Source: an uncultured Hormoscilla sp. (GTDB taxonomy: Bacteria; Cyanobacteriota; Cyanobacteriia; Cyanobacteriales; Desertifilaceae). From it: a stretch of DNA of 64,000 bases. The stretch spans positions 6,432,001 through 6,496,000 of the forward strand of contig OZ001293.3 in assembly GCA_963921275.4 (NCBI GenBank), read 5' to 3'. The notes below the pieces were generated by a model that made no database searches, was not told the origin of the DNA, and saw only the letters and a program-made list of their open reading frames with translations. Shown piece after piece: positions 10,986 through 21,533 of this stretch (positions within the stretch are counted from its first letter, which is position 1; each line of letters starts with the position of its first letter). The position numbers and the translations under genes were made by a program.

Positions 10986-11777
10986 TTAATCTAATGTTAG
11001 AGACTCTTGACAATGACCTTCCCCGACGTGACCGAGAGAAACTAAAGTTTTCTTCAGCTTCTGATAATCTTGAGGTGAAAGACTCTGCTTGAGAGTCGCC
11101 ATATCTACCTCCAACCTGCCATTATTTGCCAATGCTGCCAGGGGTGCGAAGCCTAGTGCTCCGATGTTAATCTCCTCGTCCGGTGGCACGTCGCCGTCAC
11201 CGAAGATGTGGTCGATGTGGAAAGTCGCTTCTACCTCAGCGGTGCCTCCTGGTGAGAGTATCCCTTTGCGCTGTTCGCCGACAAACTCCCCACAACTATA
11301 AGCGTATTCCCGGTCGATGGCGATCGCAAACTCGATAACTTGACTACTCTTGATAGCTGTACCCTCCATCACCAGCACGTAACCTTTGGCAGGTCCGGAG
11401 GTAGCCTTGACCATTTTCCAAGAGAGAGCATTGTAACGACCCGCTGGGGCATCTGTAAATTCATGTACCAGAATTGGATCGGCGTTCGCGTCACCGGCTG
11501 CTAGATCCACAGTCTTTACTGTATTGAGGACGACAGAGGCGTCTACCTCCGGGTTACTCTGAGTTGCCGTAACATCGGCCAGGGTGACGTACAAATGATT
11601 GAAGCTGATGTTCCAGCCATCCTTCGATAGGAAGCCCTGGCGCACGAAGTCTTCACCGTTAGCGCGAATTTGCAGCGTCCCGCTGGGGACCGTTTTATTA
11701 TCTGGCGTCGCGCATCCCCAGAGAGTCCCGATCGCCAGAAACCCGAGACTCCCCAGAATCACTAGCTTTTGTCTCAT
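10986..11777 (-). CDS. Putative metal-binding lipoprotein in the cobalt transport operon (DUF4382-like)
   Basis: Probable start MRQKLV at 11777, lipobox LWGC, TFHIDHIFGD and GHVGEGHC motifs. Confidence 0.7.
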   Translation of the reverse strand: MRQKLVILGSLGFLAIGTLWGCATPDNKTVPSGTLQIRANGEDFVRQGFLSKDGWNISFNHLYVTLADVTATQSNPEVDASVVLNTVKTVDLAAGDANADPILVHEFTDAPAGRYNALSWKMVKATSGPAKGYVLVMEGTAIKSSQVIEFAIAIDREYAYSCGEFVGEQRKGILSPGGTAEVEATFHIDHIFGDGDVPPDEEINIGALGFAPLAALANNGRLEVDMATLKQSLSPQDYQKLKKTLVSLGHVGEGHCQESLTLD

Positions 11778-11835
11778 CCAGTGCCTACCTGCTATGCCTA
11801 CAAACAATAGCTTACAGGTTTTAATCCAGCTTGAC

Positions 11836-11942
11836 AATGCCCAGAGGGGGCATTTAGTTGGCGGTAGATCGTAACAAACTGCCCTAGAACCCATGTAAAC
11901 CAAGACTCCCCCGTTATACATCAGTTAACGGGGGAGTCTCAA
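11836..11942 (+). mobile_element. Probable non-autonomous IS200/IS605-type mini-element
   Basis: TTGAC at 11831-11835, then hairpin AATGCCC..GGGCATT. Right end is hairpin GACTCCCCCGTTA..TAACGGGGGAGTC ending in TCAA. Confidence 0.55.
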
Positions 11943-11992
11943 GATAGAGCTAATGATGATGTGATGGCATCAGTCGATTGGGCAATGCAGTT

Positions 11993-12834
11993 TTAAGCCA
12001 GTCGCAAAACTTCCATCGCGTTCCCGAGAGCGTTCCGCAGTCGATAGCTAGCCCGGACGATCGCCCGCTGTTCGGGGATCCCCACGGAACTATAAGGTTC
12101 CGCAGCAGTGCGGTTGGGGCGGAAATAGGGATCGACCACTGCCATTGCTGCTTCATAGGCTTGTTCGACCGCATCGTCAACCGTGGAATCCGAGGCTTGT
12201 ACGGCAGTTGCAAAGGGCCAATATTGGCTGATTATACCGTTCCAGTTTTCTTTGAGATCAGGAGACTTTGGTCAGACCAGGTTTCTTCTTCGCCGCAAAT
12301 CTTCTTCGCTGACACCTCTGTGGCCAAGGCCATCATGCCCTCAAAATGCATGGTGGCATTGAAGTTCTGCCCCTGATTCAAATCGGATCTCAGGGTTCTG
12401 ACGCTCCTGACTAGCCTCCGTGCATAGCGGAGAGCCCGATCGATGTTCTCATCCCGGTACAAAAGGGCCTCAATCCGGTGAAACCCCTTAAATTCTCGGT
12501 TTAATTCTCCCCCATCAAAACCAGCGGGACGAGCATCAATATCTCGGTCCGTTTGTTCAAAACTTGCTGCCAAAACCTCGATTTGCTCGTAGGGGGGACG
12601 CGCTTCAACGTAGGCATTTTTGGCCCTTTCCAGATTGCCACTCTCAATTGCTGCTAACAGGTCTCGGACTAGACCCAACTGTATCCGGCCTGAGTCCGAA
12701 AATACTCCAAGCCCGCCTCCACCTGAGCCCCGTAGCGTGGTGGCATGGACATTTGTGCCGAACCAGGCCGAACTAGCTGGATCGCGCAACGCCGTCGCGC
12801 TATGGACATGAATAAATAAATCTACCTTCCTCAA
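11993..12834 (-). pseudogene. EfeM/EfeO (imelysin-like) iron-uptake protein, frameshifted and lacking its normal N-terminus
   Basis: ARPPYEQIE, FKGFHRIE, GEEETWSD. A 1-nt deletion near 12255; the shifted frame continues KENWNGIISQY..MEVLRLA*. Confidence 0.75.
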
Positions 12835-12837
12835 TTC

Positions 12838-14169
12838 TCAATTCCGCAATTTCAGAATCTGGGCCGTCACCGCCAGACTTTCCTCATAAAGCATATCCCG
12901 ACCCCAGCGTTCTAATTGCTGAGACATCAGAGACTCGGCTTTTTGGTTGCTCAAAGGTGTCACCTGTTCTGTGCGGCATTTCTGGGCAGTTCCCCCAGCT
13001 TCCATCCGCATACATCCTATGGTTTCAGAACAGAGAATCGTGCAGCAATCAGCATTAGTATTGCTAGAAGCTAGAAGCAAGCCTACTAGATCTCCGGGAA
13101 TTTCTCCCCAGTCCGCTGTGGGAATTCCTGCTAATTCTGTTTCGATCGCGCGCCCTTGGGATCCCATCAACTTGATATGTATGATATCATAGTCTCCAGC
13201 TTCCTCACTGTAGGACACGGGTTTCCAATCTAAGCGACTAGCTAGCCAACCTAAAAACATCAGTGCTTGGGCCGTATTCCCCTTCTGATAGTCAATAGTC
13301 ACCCGGTCTACTTCTACCAAAGCTGCGCGACGTTCTGGCGGATCGAAAGTCGCCGCAGTCAACTCTTGCCAAGCTGAAAGTCGATGCCAATTGAGATCGG
13401 CAACATAGGTTTGGGACTCGATCAACTCCTGCATTTTCAGAAATTCGGCGGCGGGATCGCTGAAGTAGCAAGAGTCCATTACAATACAGTTACTCGTTTC
13501 CGCTAGATGCCCAAACAAGGGCTGTTCGGGATTAGGCGTAGCCTTCCACCAGACAAACTTGGGCAGATCCGGTATCATCAGGGAGGAAACTGTATCGCTT
13601 ACCCTTTCCAGAGCATCCTTAGTACCTCGCAGAGTGATGTATTCGCAGCATACCAGACTGGTATTGCTACTTTTTTGAATCGGGCAATAGGCAGAAACCT
13701 GTGCCGTTACTCCTCGATCTTCTCCTAACTCCGGACACAGGGTAATGATCCGGCAGGGATTTTGCGATGCGATCGCATCACTAAGACTAAATCCCCTCAT
13801 GTTCAGATTAGATACTTCTGTGTACTCGGACGATTGCTGAGCAAATTTCTCACGCAGCTTTGCCAATGTTTCCCGGTTAACTAGACCTGTCTCTCTCAGT
13901 CCGTAAGCCTTTTGAGCTTGTTTTACCGCTGCCTTGGTCTTGGGTCCATGAATGCTATCGATCGGACCATCGTAAAATCCCAAACCTCCCAGTAATTGCT
14001 GGAATTCTTCTGGCTCATAGATCGCCATGCTAAATGTCGCCGCCCTCGTGGCAACGGGAGAAGCTTTACCGCTATTTTGGGTCAGCCATATTTTACTCAA
14101 TTCTGCCTCTATTTCCCCCAGGGAGATATCTTTGGGTTTTTGCAGGGCAACAATTGGAGTTGCTGTCAT
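12838..14169 (-). CDS. opcA: Glucose-6-phosphate dehydrogenase assembly protein OpcA
   Basis: Downstream of zwf; PCRIITLCP, CCEYITLRG, DLNWHRL; peptidoglycan-binding-like insert. Confidence 0.95.
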   Translation of the reverse strand: MTATPIVALQKPKDISLGEIEAELSKIWLTQNSGKASPVATRAATFSMAIYEPEEFQQLLGGLGFYDGPIDSIHGPKTKAAVKQAQKAYGLRETGLVNRETLAKLREKFAQQSSEYTEVSNLNMRGFSLSDAIASQNPCRIITLCPELGEDRGVTAQVSAYCPIQKSSNTSLVCCEYITLRGTKDALERVSDTVSSLMIPDLPKFVWWKATPNPEQPLFGHLAETSNCIVMDSCYFSDPAAEFLKMQELIESQTYVADLNWHRLSAWQELTAATFDPPERRAALVEVDRVTIDYQKGNTAQALMFLGWLASRLDWKPVSYSEEAGDYDIIHIKLMGSQGRAIETELAGIPTADWGEIPGDLVGLLLASSNTNADCCTILCSETIGCMRMEAGGTAQKCRTEQVTPLSNQKAESLMSQQLERWGRDMLYEESLAVTAQILKLRN

Positions 14170-14253
14170 TTTTCCATTCCTTTGTTAGTTTTCAGTTGTT
14201 AATTGTTAGTTGTCAGCTTTGAGCGTTCGCTGGTCGCTGATAAATGTTCGCTA

Positions 14254-14751
14254 TTAAAGTCTACGCCAGCGCCGACCATCTCGATTTAAGAGAAATTCTG
14301 CTTCCACAGGTTCCCAGGTTCCTGCTTCATAAAGAGGAATCGCCTCCGGAGGGGCCGGGGCATCCCAAACTTCCAACAGAGGAGTGAGTACCTGCCAGGA
14401 AGCTTCCACTTCATCTCCTCGGGTGAACAGAGTCTGGTCTCCTAACATGCAATCTATCAGCAGACGACTGTAGGCATCCGTGTTTGGTTTACCAAAAGCC
14501 GTATCGTAACGAAAATCCATATCCACCGATCGGGTGCGCAGGGAATTACCCGGAGTTTTCACCTCAAACCGCATAGAAATCCCTTCATTGGGCTGAATTC
14601 GCAGAGCCAAAACATTAGGATTCATCTGTTTCGCCGCCGACTGGAACATCATATACGGCACTTCTTTGAACTGGATGGCGATTTCCGTTACCTTCTTGGG
14701 CATCCGCTTACCCGTGCGCAGATAAAAAGGCACTCCCTTCCAGCGCCAGTT
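14254..14751 (-). CDS. zwf: Glucose-6-phosphate dehydrogenase, exon 2
   Basis: Begins [16 protein letters not shown]; joins exon 1 in frame to give 509 aa. Confidence 0.95.
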   Translation of the reverse strand, partial: NWRWKGVPFYLRTGKRMPKKVTEIAIQFKEVPYMMFQSAAKQMNPNVLALRIQPNEGISMRFEVKTPGNSLRTRSVDMDFRYDTAFGKPNTDAYSRLLIDCMLGDQTLFTRGDEVEASWQVLTPLLEVWDAPAPPEAIPLYEAGTWEPVEAEFLLNRDGRRWRRL

Positions 14752-15684
14752 GGTCGGGGTCGAGCTGGGAATCACTCCCCAACCCTCCCTTTCGGAACCG
14801 GACTTGCGACTTTCACCGCATCCGGCTACTGGTTGGTAAGCTGTTGTCATCAGTAGGATTATTGGGTTACCCCGTATTCCCCTTACCCTCTGTAATTTTA
14901 CCCCTTATGGTCAATCCTATTGGACCGTTAATGATTTCAGCTCCGGAAGGTATGCGCTGCGCGCACGCTGCGCGATCGCGGAGGGTAGTTCAGCAAACCA
15001 TTCTAGCCGCTCTTCTCTAACATTTCCCCATTCTGGCAATTTATCGGGGCTCTGAACTTTACCCGGCTGAGACTCTAGTCCATATTCATACTTTTGGATT
15101 TCTCCTAAGTTTTGCGACGTGTTAGGGCTACTTTCACCAAAGGCTTCTTACCATATCCGTCCTACGTCTGCATATCCCAGGCATTACCCCAGGCGTTGGC
15201 TTCTTAGAACATCCTTCCTCTTCGCGGCTTGCGCTTTACATCTAACTGGTCCAAATGGGGACAGCTCACGTGAGGTTACTTCGTTCCCTGGTATCATTTC
15301 TCGATGCTTTTAGGTTCCTGCTATACCCCGGGAGTTCTTCGAGTGCGATGCTGGTAAGCAAATACTACCAACACTAACTGCCATTTCCCTTTTGGGCCAG
15401 CGTATAAGCCTTATTCCGCTGGTTCTTATTAACGAGGCTTTCACAGGTTCGCTTGTTCTAACCATGAGCATCTTTCCTAGCGGTGTCACTAGCTTAGGCT
15501 GCTAGCTATCCTACATTTAAGTCCTAGCTCCGCACCACGGCGATGTGACTCCGCAGCACTAAGGACCGGTGTTACCCCCACACCTGGGGAGAGGGAATTT
15601 AACCCCCATGATAACCAGAGTTATCCGGCAAATGAAACCAGACCAGACTTCACCGTCGCCAGTTTACGCCTGAACGAATCGCAC
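14752..15684 (-). mobile_element. ORF-less group II intron in zwf (933 nt)
   Basis: 5' GTGCG at 15684. Domain V TAGCCGGATGCGGTGAAAGTCGCAAGTCCGGTT, then domain VI ending CCCCGACC. Removal restores LYVD|NWRW. Confidence 0.95.
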
Positions 15685-16716
15685 ATCTACATATAACTTC
15701 AAAGCTGCATAAGTGGGAGTAGTTGTATTGGGATCGGCCCCCTCTTCTTCCCGATAGCCCGGCACTTGCTTGCCATTCATCCAACCCGCCGTGTATTGAC
15801 CCCGAATGGCCGATCGATCCAAATTTTCCAAATCTGCTAGGTGCGTCGCCTGGACAACTTTTACCTTTTCACTCCGAATGCTGTCAGCATCCAAGCCGTT
15901 CGGCGGTTCCATTGCTGTCAGACAAAACAGTTGCATCAGGTGATTTTGCACCATGTCCCGCAAGGCCCCAGAGGATTCGTAATAACCTGCCCGCCCTTCT
16001 AGACCTACCTTTTCCGCCACTGTGATTTGCACGTGATCGACAAACTGACGATTCCACAGGGGTTCAAAAATCGCATTGGCAAACCGAAACACTAACAAAT
16101 TCTGCACCGTTTCTTTGCCCAGGTAATGGTCGATACGGTAAATCTGCTCTTCCGCACATACCTGACGCACGATCTGATTCAGCACTTGGGCCGATCCCAG
16201 GTCTCGACCAAAAGGTTTTTCGATTACTAGCCGCTGCTTTCTGGGATCCCGAAGCATTCCGACACTTCCCAGTTGCTGGGTAGCTTCTCCAAAGAATCGG
16301 GGTGCCACAGATAGGTAAAATACCCGATTCCCTCGCGTACCTCGTTGTTCGTCTAGTTCCCCCAAGAATGCTTTCAGCTTCTGGTAGCTTTCCGGTTTGT
16401 CAATGTCCCCAGAACAATAGAATAGCCCTTTAGCAAATCGCGACCAGATTTCTTCTCTACCCAGTCCACCGCCAAACTCTTCCACTCCTATCCGCATCTG
16501 TTTGCGGAAATAATCGTGACTCCAGTCTCGTCGCGCCACCCCCACGATCGTCAGTTCTGGGGGCAGTTTGTGCTCTAACATCATCTGATAGAGGGCGGGA
16601 ACGAGCTTTCTCTGGGTTAAGTCCCCAGATGCACCGAATATTACCAGAATTTGCGGTTCTGGCATCCGGTCATGTTGCAGTCCCACTCGTAAGGGATTTT
16701 CCAATAGCGTTACCAT
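15685..16716 (-). CDS. zwf: Glucose-6-phosphate dehydrogenase, exon 1
   Basis: [29 protein letters not shown]; 344 codons ending LYVD. Confidence 0.96.
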
Positions 16717-16799
16717 CTCTTTTCTTTCTCAATATACGTAGGGCGGGCAGATCGCCTGCCCGTCAATTCAACATTTATGGACCCTTTCCCATGGCTCAA

Positions 16800-17936
16800 C
16801 TATGCTGGCACCAACTGTTTAACCTTGTCTTCTAAGGACTTCATCAGGGTATCGAAGGGCTTGACGAATTTATCAATCCCCTCTTCCAGCAATTGGGCCA
16901 TCACTTCATCTAGGTTGATGTTTACTTCCTTGAGGGTTTCCATCAACTTGTAGGCTGCCTCTACGTCATTTTCCACCCGGTTATCGACATCACAATGGTC
17001 CGTGCAGGCTACGATCGTGCTGGGTGGCAGGGTGTTCACCGTGTCCGGTCCTACCAGTTCATCCACGTACATCACGTCGCTGTATGTGGGGTTTTTCGTG
17101 CTCGTGCTGGCCCACAACAGCCGTTGCACTTGGGCACTTTTAGCCGACAGGGCTTTCCAGCGATCGCTCCGGATAATCTTCTTGTATTCTTGGTAGGCGA
17201 TTTTCGCGTTGGCGATCGCCACTTTCCCCTTTATCGAGAGCAGCTTGGCCTTGGACTCTTCATCAGCAGCAGCCGCCAACATCTTATCAACCCGGCTATC
17301 GATGTTACTATCGATCCGACTCAGGAAGAAACTCGCCACTGAAGCTATTTTGCTAATGTCTTGTCCAGCTGCTACCCTTTTCTCCAAGCCGCGAATGTAA
17401 GCCCATGCTGTCTGCACGTAGCTTTCCACCGAAAACAATAGAGTGATGTTGACATTTATTCCGTCCGCGATCGCCGCTTCCACTGCTGGCAAACCCTCTG
17501 CCGTTCCCGGAATCTTAATCATCACATTCGGACGTCCGATCGCCTGGTTATACCGCCGCGCTTCGGCGATCGTCGTTTCTGTATTTTTCGCAATTGTCGG
17601 CGGCACTTCAATACTCACATAACCATCCAGTCCCTGGGTCGCCTCATAGACTGGCAGAAACACATCACAAGCACCCCGGATATCATCAAACACCAGAGAT
17701 TCATAAATCTCCAGCACCGATTTATCAGCGCCAATTCCTGCTTCGATCTCCTCATGGTAGATTTTGTTACCTTTGATCGCCTTTTCAAAGATTGCTGGGT
17801 TAGAGGTAATCCCCTTAATTCCCCCCGTCTCCGTCATCTCTTTCAGTTCGCCCGACTTGATAATATCGCGGCTCAGATTATCCATCCAGATACTCTGACC
17901 GTAGGCTGAAATTTCTAACAGGTGATTGGTTGCCAT
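16800..17936 (-). CDS. tal: Transaldolase
   Basis: Probable start MATNHLL at 17936; GQSIWMDNL, TSNPAIF, MIKIPGT, LLWAST. Confidence 0.95.
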   Translation of the reverse strand: MATNHLLEISAYGQSIWMDNLSRDIIKSGELKEMTETGGIKGITSNPAIFEKAIKGNKIYHEEIEAGIGADKSVLEIYESLVFDDIRGACDVFLPVYEATQGLDGYVSIEVPPTIAKNTETTIAEARRYNQAIGRPNVMIKIPGTAEGLPAVEAAIADGINVNITLLFSVESYVQTAWAYIRGLEKRVAAGQDISKIASVASFFLSRIDSNIDSRVDKMLAAAADEESKAKLLSIKGKVAIANAKIAYQEYKKIIRSDRWKALSAKSAQVQRLLWASTSTKNPTYSDVMYVDELVGPDTVNTLPPSTIVACTDHCDVDNRVENDVEAAYKLMETLKEVNINLDEVMAQLLEEGIDKFVKPFDTLMKSLEDKVKQLVPA

Positions 17937-17968
17937 GTTTACTCCTCTCTCTCTAACAACATTTTTCG

Positions 17969-18048
17969 GTTGTCCGTTGTCCGTTGTCCGTTGTCCACTA
18001 ACCACTAACCACTAACCATCAACCATCAACCACTAACCACTAACCACT
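17969..18048. repeat. Heptamer short tandem repeats (STRR): (TGTCCGT)n then (ACCACTA/ACCATCA)n
   Basis: Directly visible; similar tracts occur near 8990, 32700, 39000 and 44200. Confidence 0.9.
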
Positions 18049-18348
18049 ATACTTCCAAAGGTATCGATTTGCGCTTTTTACCAGATTGAATGTGTCCGGA
18101 GCGAAGGGGGCCATTTCCGAGATTACCTTGCACTCCACGCCGGACTCCCCCGTTAGCGCAGCGGCAGATTGCTTCGTGCCTCGCAACAAGCTCCGGAGGG
18201 CTAGCAATCAAAGGCGCGTTAGTTAAGTAGGAGATTGCTGAGGGGAGAGGATCTCATTGAGCACAAGAATCTCTCAATTATCCCTCCCCATGACAGATTG
18301 GCTAGTTGAATTTGCGCAGTTCATGACCTTTCGCAGTATAACTAATTT

Positions 18349-19467
18349 CTAAATCCTCGCAGCTGCACCCTTCTGCACAAACGACTCCACTAGGGCCACA
18401 TCATCTTTACTGCCAATAATCAGCGGCGTTCTGGCATGCAGTTTATCTGGCACCACGTCCAGAATATTCTGAGTGCCTGTGCTAGCCCTTCCTCCCGATT
18501 GCTCGATTAAAAAGGCTAAGGGAGCTGATTCGTATAGCAATCGCAATTTGCCCTCTGGTTTCTTCACCGTCCCCGGATACAAAAATACCCCGCCCTGGAA
18601 TAATATCCGATGGAAATCTCCCACTAGCGCTCCTCCATAACGAGCAGTATATCCTTCATGGCGATGCACGTAGCGGATATATTCCCGCATCGATTCATCC
18701 CACTGCCAGAAGTTGCCCTCATTTACACTATATATCGGACCGTGGGTTGGAGTTTCGATATTTTCACGACTGAGGATAAACTCTCCCAAGCTCGGGTCTA
18801 GGGTGAAGGCATGCACCCCCGTGCCGATCGAGTAGACTAGCATTGTACTGGGACCGTACAGAATATAACCTGCCGCCATTTGTTTCCGTCCATTCGCTAG
18901 CAAGTCCGCTGCCGTTCCATCTATATCCATCCCTTCTTGCTGGCGGATCGCGAAGATCGAACCCACATTCAGATTGATGTCCAGGTTGGAAGAGCCATCG
19001 ATCGGGTCATATATCAGTGTATGCCGTCCGATCGGGCAATTTTCCGGGATATAATATGGTTTTTCCATTTCCTCGGAAGCCATGCGGCAGACCAACCCGC
19101 TCTGCTTGAACACTGATATAAACACGTCATTAGCATAGACATCCATCTTTTTGACGGATTCTCCCTGCACATTTACCGTCCCTGTAAATCCCAGGGCATT
19201 CTCTAATAAACCCGATCGCGACAGGCGGCGCGATATGATCTTCCCCGCCAGGGCGATCCTATTCATCAGCGCACTTATATCTTGCGCGTCTGCCGAGAAG
19301 CTATGCAGTTGCTGCAGTACGTGACGAGACAGGGTCATGCAATCCCTGTCTAGGGCCCTTTCTTCCGCTATCTCTACATGGGTATCTACCATGTTTTTTC
19401 TTCCTACTTGATTGGCACTTGGTCTGGCGATGGCCTCCTGGGGCTTTACCTCTCCAAAGGCCGTCAT
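18349..19467 (-). CDS. fbp: Class 1 fructose-1,6-bisphosphatase (start may be at 19392)
   Basis: [20 protein letters not shown]. Confidence 0.95.
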   Translation of the reverse strand: MTAFGEVKPQEAIARPSANQVGRKNMVDTHVEIAEERALDRDCMTLSRHVLQQLHSFSADAQDISALMNRIALAGKIISRRLSRSGLLENALGFTGTVNVQGESVKKMDVYANDVFISVFKQSGLVCRMASEEMEKPYYIPENCPIGRHTLIYDPIDGSSNLDINLNVGSIFAIRQQEGMDIDGTAADLLANGRKQMAAGYILYGPSTMLVYSIGTGVHAFTLDPSLGEFILSRENIETPTHGPIYSVNEGNFWQWDESMREYIRYVHRHEGYTARYGGALVGDFHRILFQGGVFLYPGTVKKPEGKLRLLYESAPLAFLIEQSGGRASTGTQNILDVVPDKLHARTPLIIGSKDDVALVESFVQKGAAARI

Positions 19468-19609
19468 ACCTCCTGTTCTAAACCTTTCTCCCTATATTAG
19501 GAAACCAATGCCCGATGCTCTCTAACCTTAATATCAATTAAAGATTCAAGTAATCCCCACTGTTTTAGCCTGGGGATAGATGAACTCAGCCCGCCTTGTA
19601 TGTTGGAAT

Positions 19610-20172
19610 AGAGAAGGACATCAGGGTAGAAAGCTATCGGCAATGGCGATCGCCCGCCATAGGTCAATTAAACCTGTCGCGCAGATCGAGACACCGACGG
19701 CGCTCGTGTTTTTACTAGACAACCGAATGGGATCTGGAGTCTCTGTAACACAGATGAACTCGTATTCACAAGGGTGGTTGCTAGGAAAATATTTCTCCCC
19801 TGTACCGGTAGTAACTGCTAACATCACCAGTGAACTCAGGAAACATCACCAGTCAAGGAAAGGAGGCCATATGAATCTACCAGCCCTCGGTATAGCAGAT
19901 TTCTGGCTCTTCGGTACGAGGCAAAACTCGTCTGTGTAAGACCGGTAATGCTCAACTTCGTAAGGCATTGTATATGCCAGCTATGTCAGCACGACGTTTT
20001 AACCCTGTGATCGAGGTATTTTGCGTTCGCGCAGCGTGGCGTCAGCAATTCGCCTGCTGGAAAGGAGTAAAGCGAAGCGAGCCATTATTTGTGCGGCCAT
20101 GCATAAGCTATTGTGTCTGGCCTATGGGGTCTTGAAGTCGGGAAAACCGTTTGACCTCAACTATGCAAAAAA
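19610..20172 (+). mobile_element. Internally deleted IS110-family element (boundaries approximate)
   Basis: AGGAGG at 19861 and ATG at 19871 (MNLPALGI) joined directly to the C-terminal SGSSVRGKTRLCKTGNAQLRKALYMPAM..AAMHKLL..YGVLKSGKPFD. Confidence 0.8.
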
Positions 20173-20317
20173 AAATGCTCGCCTCTTCATAGTCTTGTTT
20201 CGTTTCCACTCGCTGCCATTCGGGTTCAAAGCCGCAACGGCGCAGTTCATACACCGTCAGTTCGGCTTCCTCTGGCGAGTCTTCCAGGATTAAAACTCTA
20301 ATTGCGGGCTTTTTCAT
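20173..20317 (-). pseudogene. Response-regulator receiver N-terminal fragment
   Basis: IRVLILEDSPEEAELTVYELRRCGF; cut off at the IS110 remnant. Confidence 0.7.
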
Positions 20318-20363
20318 CGCTAATTGCTCATTTGACTGTCAACTTTCTCCCTTCACCATCAAT

Positions 20364-20415
20364 TGTCAGCTCTATCGGGGTAATATTGTATTTGAGTACC
20401 CCGATAGAGCTGACA
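20364..20415. repeat. Perfect 19-bp inverted repeat just downstream of glk (terminator or REP-like)
   Basis: TGTCAGCTCTATCGGGGTA-14 nt-TACCCCGATAGAGCTGACA. Confidence 0.7.
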
Positions 20416-20425
20416 GTTTCACCAA

Positions 20426-21439
20426 TTATAACTGGGCGGCACAGATGGCGGCTCCGATCAGTCCTACCTGCTGATTCAATACTATATGCACTGGCACTTT
20501 TTCTAGTAAATTACTGACTCGACCTTTGTCGGTAAATGCCTGCATAAACCCTTCAGACTCTAACAGCTGGTGATTTTTGGCAGCAATGCCTCCCGCGATG
20601 TACAAACCGCCGTAGGGGAGAAGTTTGAGGGCGAGATTCCCTGCTTCTGCACCGTAGGCTTCGATAAACATTTTCATCGTTCGTTCGCTGAGCATATCCC
20701 GCTTTTCCGTCGCTGCTTTGGCAATATCTGCTGGATCTACCTTTTTTTCCTCACCTTCGGACTCCTCTTTCCGAACAGCATCCTGTATTTCTGGAGCTGA
20801 TGTAATCTCTTGGGGATGCTTTCGCAAAAACTGATTTATTGCCACAATCCCCGGACCGGAAATTACTCGTTCCACGGAAATCCTACCTACATCATATTTC
20901 TTCTCCAGGTATTTCAACAGTTGGAATTCTGATTCATTCCGGGGGGCAAAGTCTGCATGACCGCCTTCTGTGGCAAAAATCCGATGGTTGCTTCCCTGGT
21001 TAATTAAAAATGCTTCTCCCAAACCCGTACCCGCACCGATAACTGCGATCGGGGCTTCTGTGTCTCGTTCTCCTGCTTGCAGAGTGTCGATATCTGAAGA
21101 CTTTAAGCCTAACACTCCATAACCGATCGCGGCAAAATCGTTAATTAAACTCACCTGGCCAATTTCCATTTCTGTTTCCAGGCGTTTATTATCCAGTAGC
21201 CAAGGGAGGTTCGTCAGCTTCGCCCTGTTGTTGACTACTGGACCCGCGATCGCGAAACAAGCTTTTTCCGGCTTTGCTTCCCTCCCCGCCAGAAACTCCT
21301 GGACGATCGGCACCAAGTCCGGGTAATTTTGACTTGGATAAGTCTCTTCATGTAGCACTTCATCCCCATCTGCTGGTGCTTTCACCAGTCGCAAAATAGT
21401 TTTCGTACCGCCGATATCTCCTGCTAGTAATAATGTCAT
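20426..21439 (-). CDS. glk: Glucokinase
   Basis: LAGDIGGT, INDF, GAGTGLG, EGGH, GGLYIAGGI. Confidence 0.95.
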   Translation of the reverse strand: MTLLLAGDIGGTKTILRLVKAPADGDEVLHEETYPSQNYPDLVPIVQEFLAGREAKPEKACFAIAGPVVNNRAKLTNLPWLLDNKRLETEMEIGQVSLINDFAAIGYGVLGLKSSDIDTLQAGERDTEAPIAVIGAGTGLGEAFLINQGSNHRIFATEGGHADFAPRNESEFQLLKYLEKKYDVGRISVERVISGPGIVAINQFLRKHPQEITSAPEIQDAVRKEESEGEEKKVDPADIAKAATEKRDMLSERTMKMFIEAYGAEAGNLALKLLPYGGLYIAGGIAAKNHQLLESEGFMQAFTDKGRVSNLLEKVPVHIVLNQQVGLIGAAICAAQL

Positions 21440-21533
21440 GTCCTTTGTTCCTTGTTAGTTGTCAATTCTCCTAGTTCCCTGGCGACCGCCAGGGAACGCA
21501 ATTCTATATTTTCTGTTTACCAACCTTTAACCT

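Noticed and set aside
11778..11990. Cobalamin riboswitch upstream of the cbi operon or metH
   Set aside because: I could not find the conserved B12-box motifs; the hairpins fit IS200/IS605-type ends better.
14752..14850. ORF-track N-terminus MTTAYQP.. of the 198-aa ORF
   Set aside because: It is a translation of intron domains V-VI, not a real zwf start.
14752..15684. Maturase/RT ORF in any of the introns, or a DGR or retron system
   Set aside because: No long ORF or YADD-like motif in the introns, no RT in the window, and no template/variable repeat pair with A-specific mismatches.
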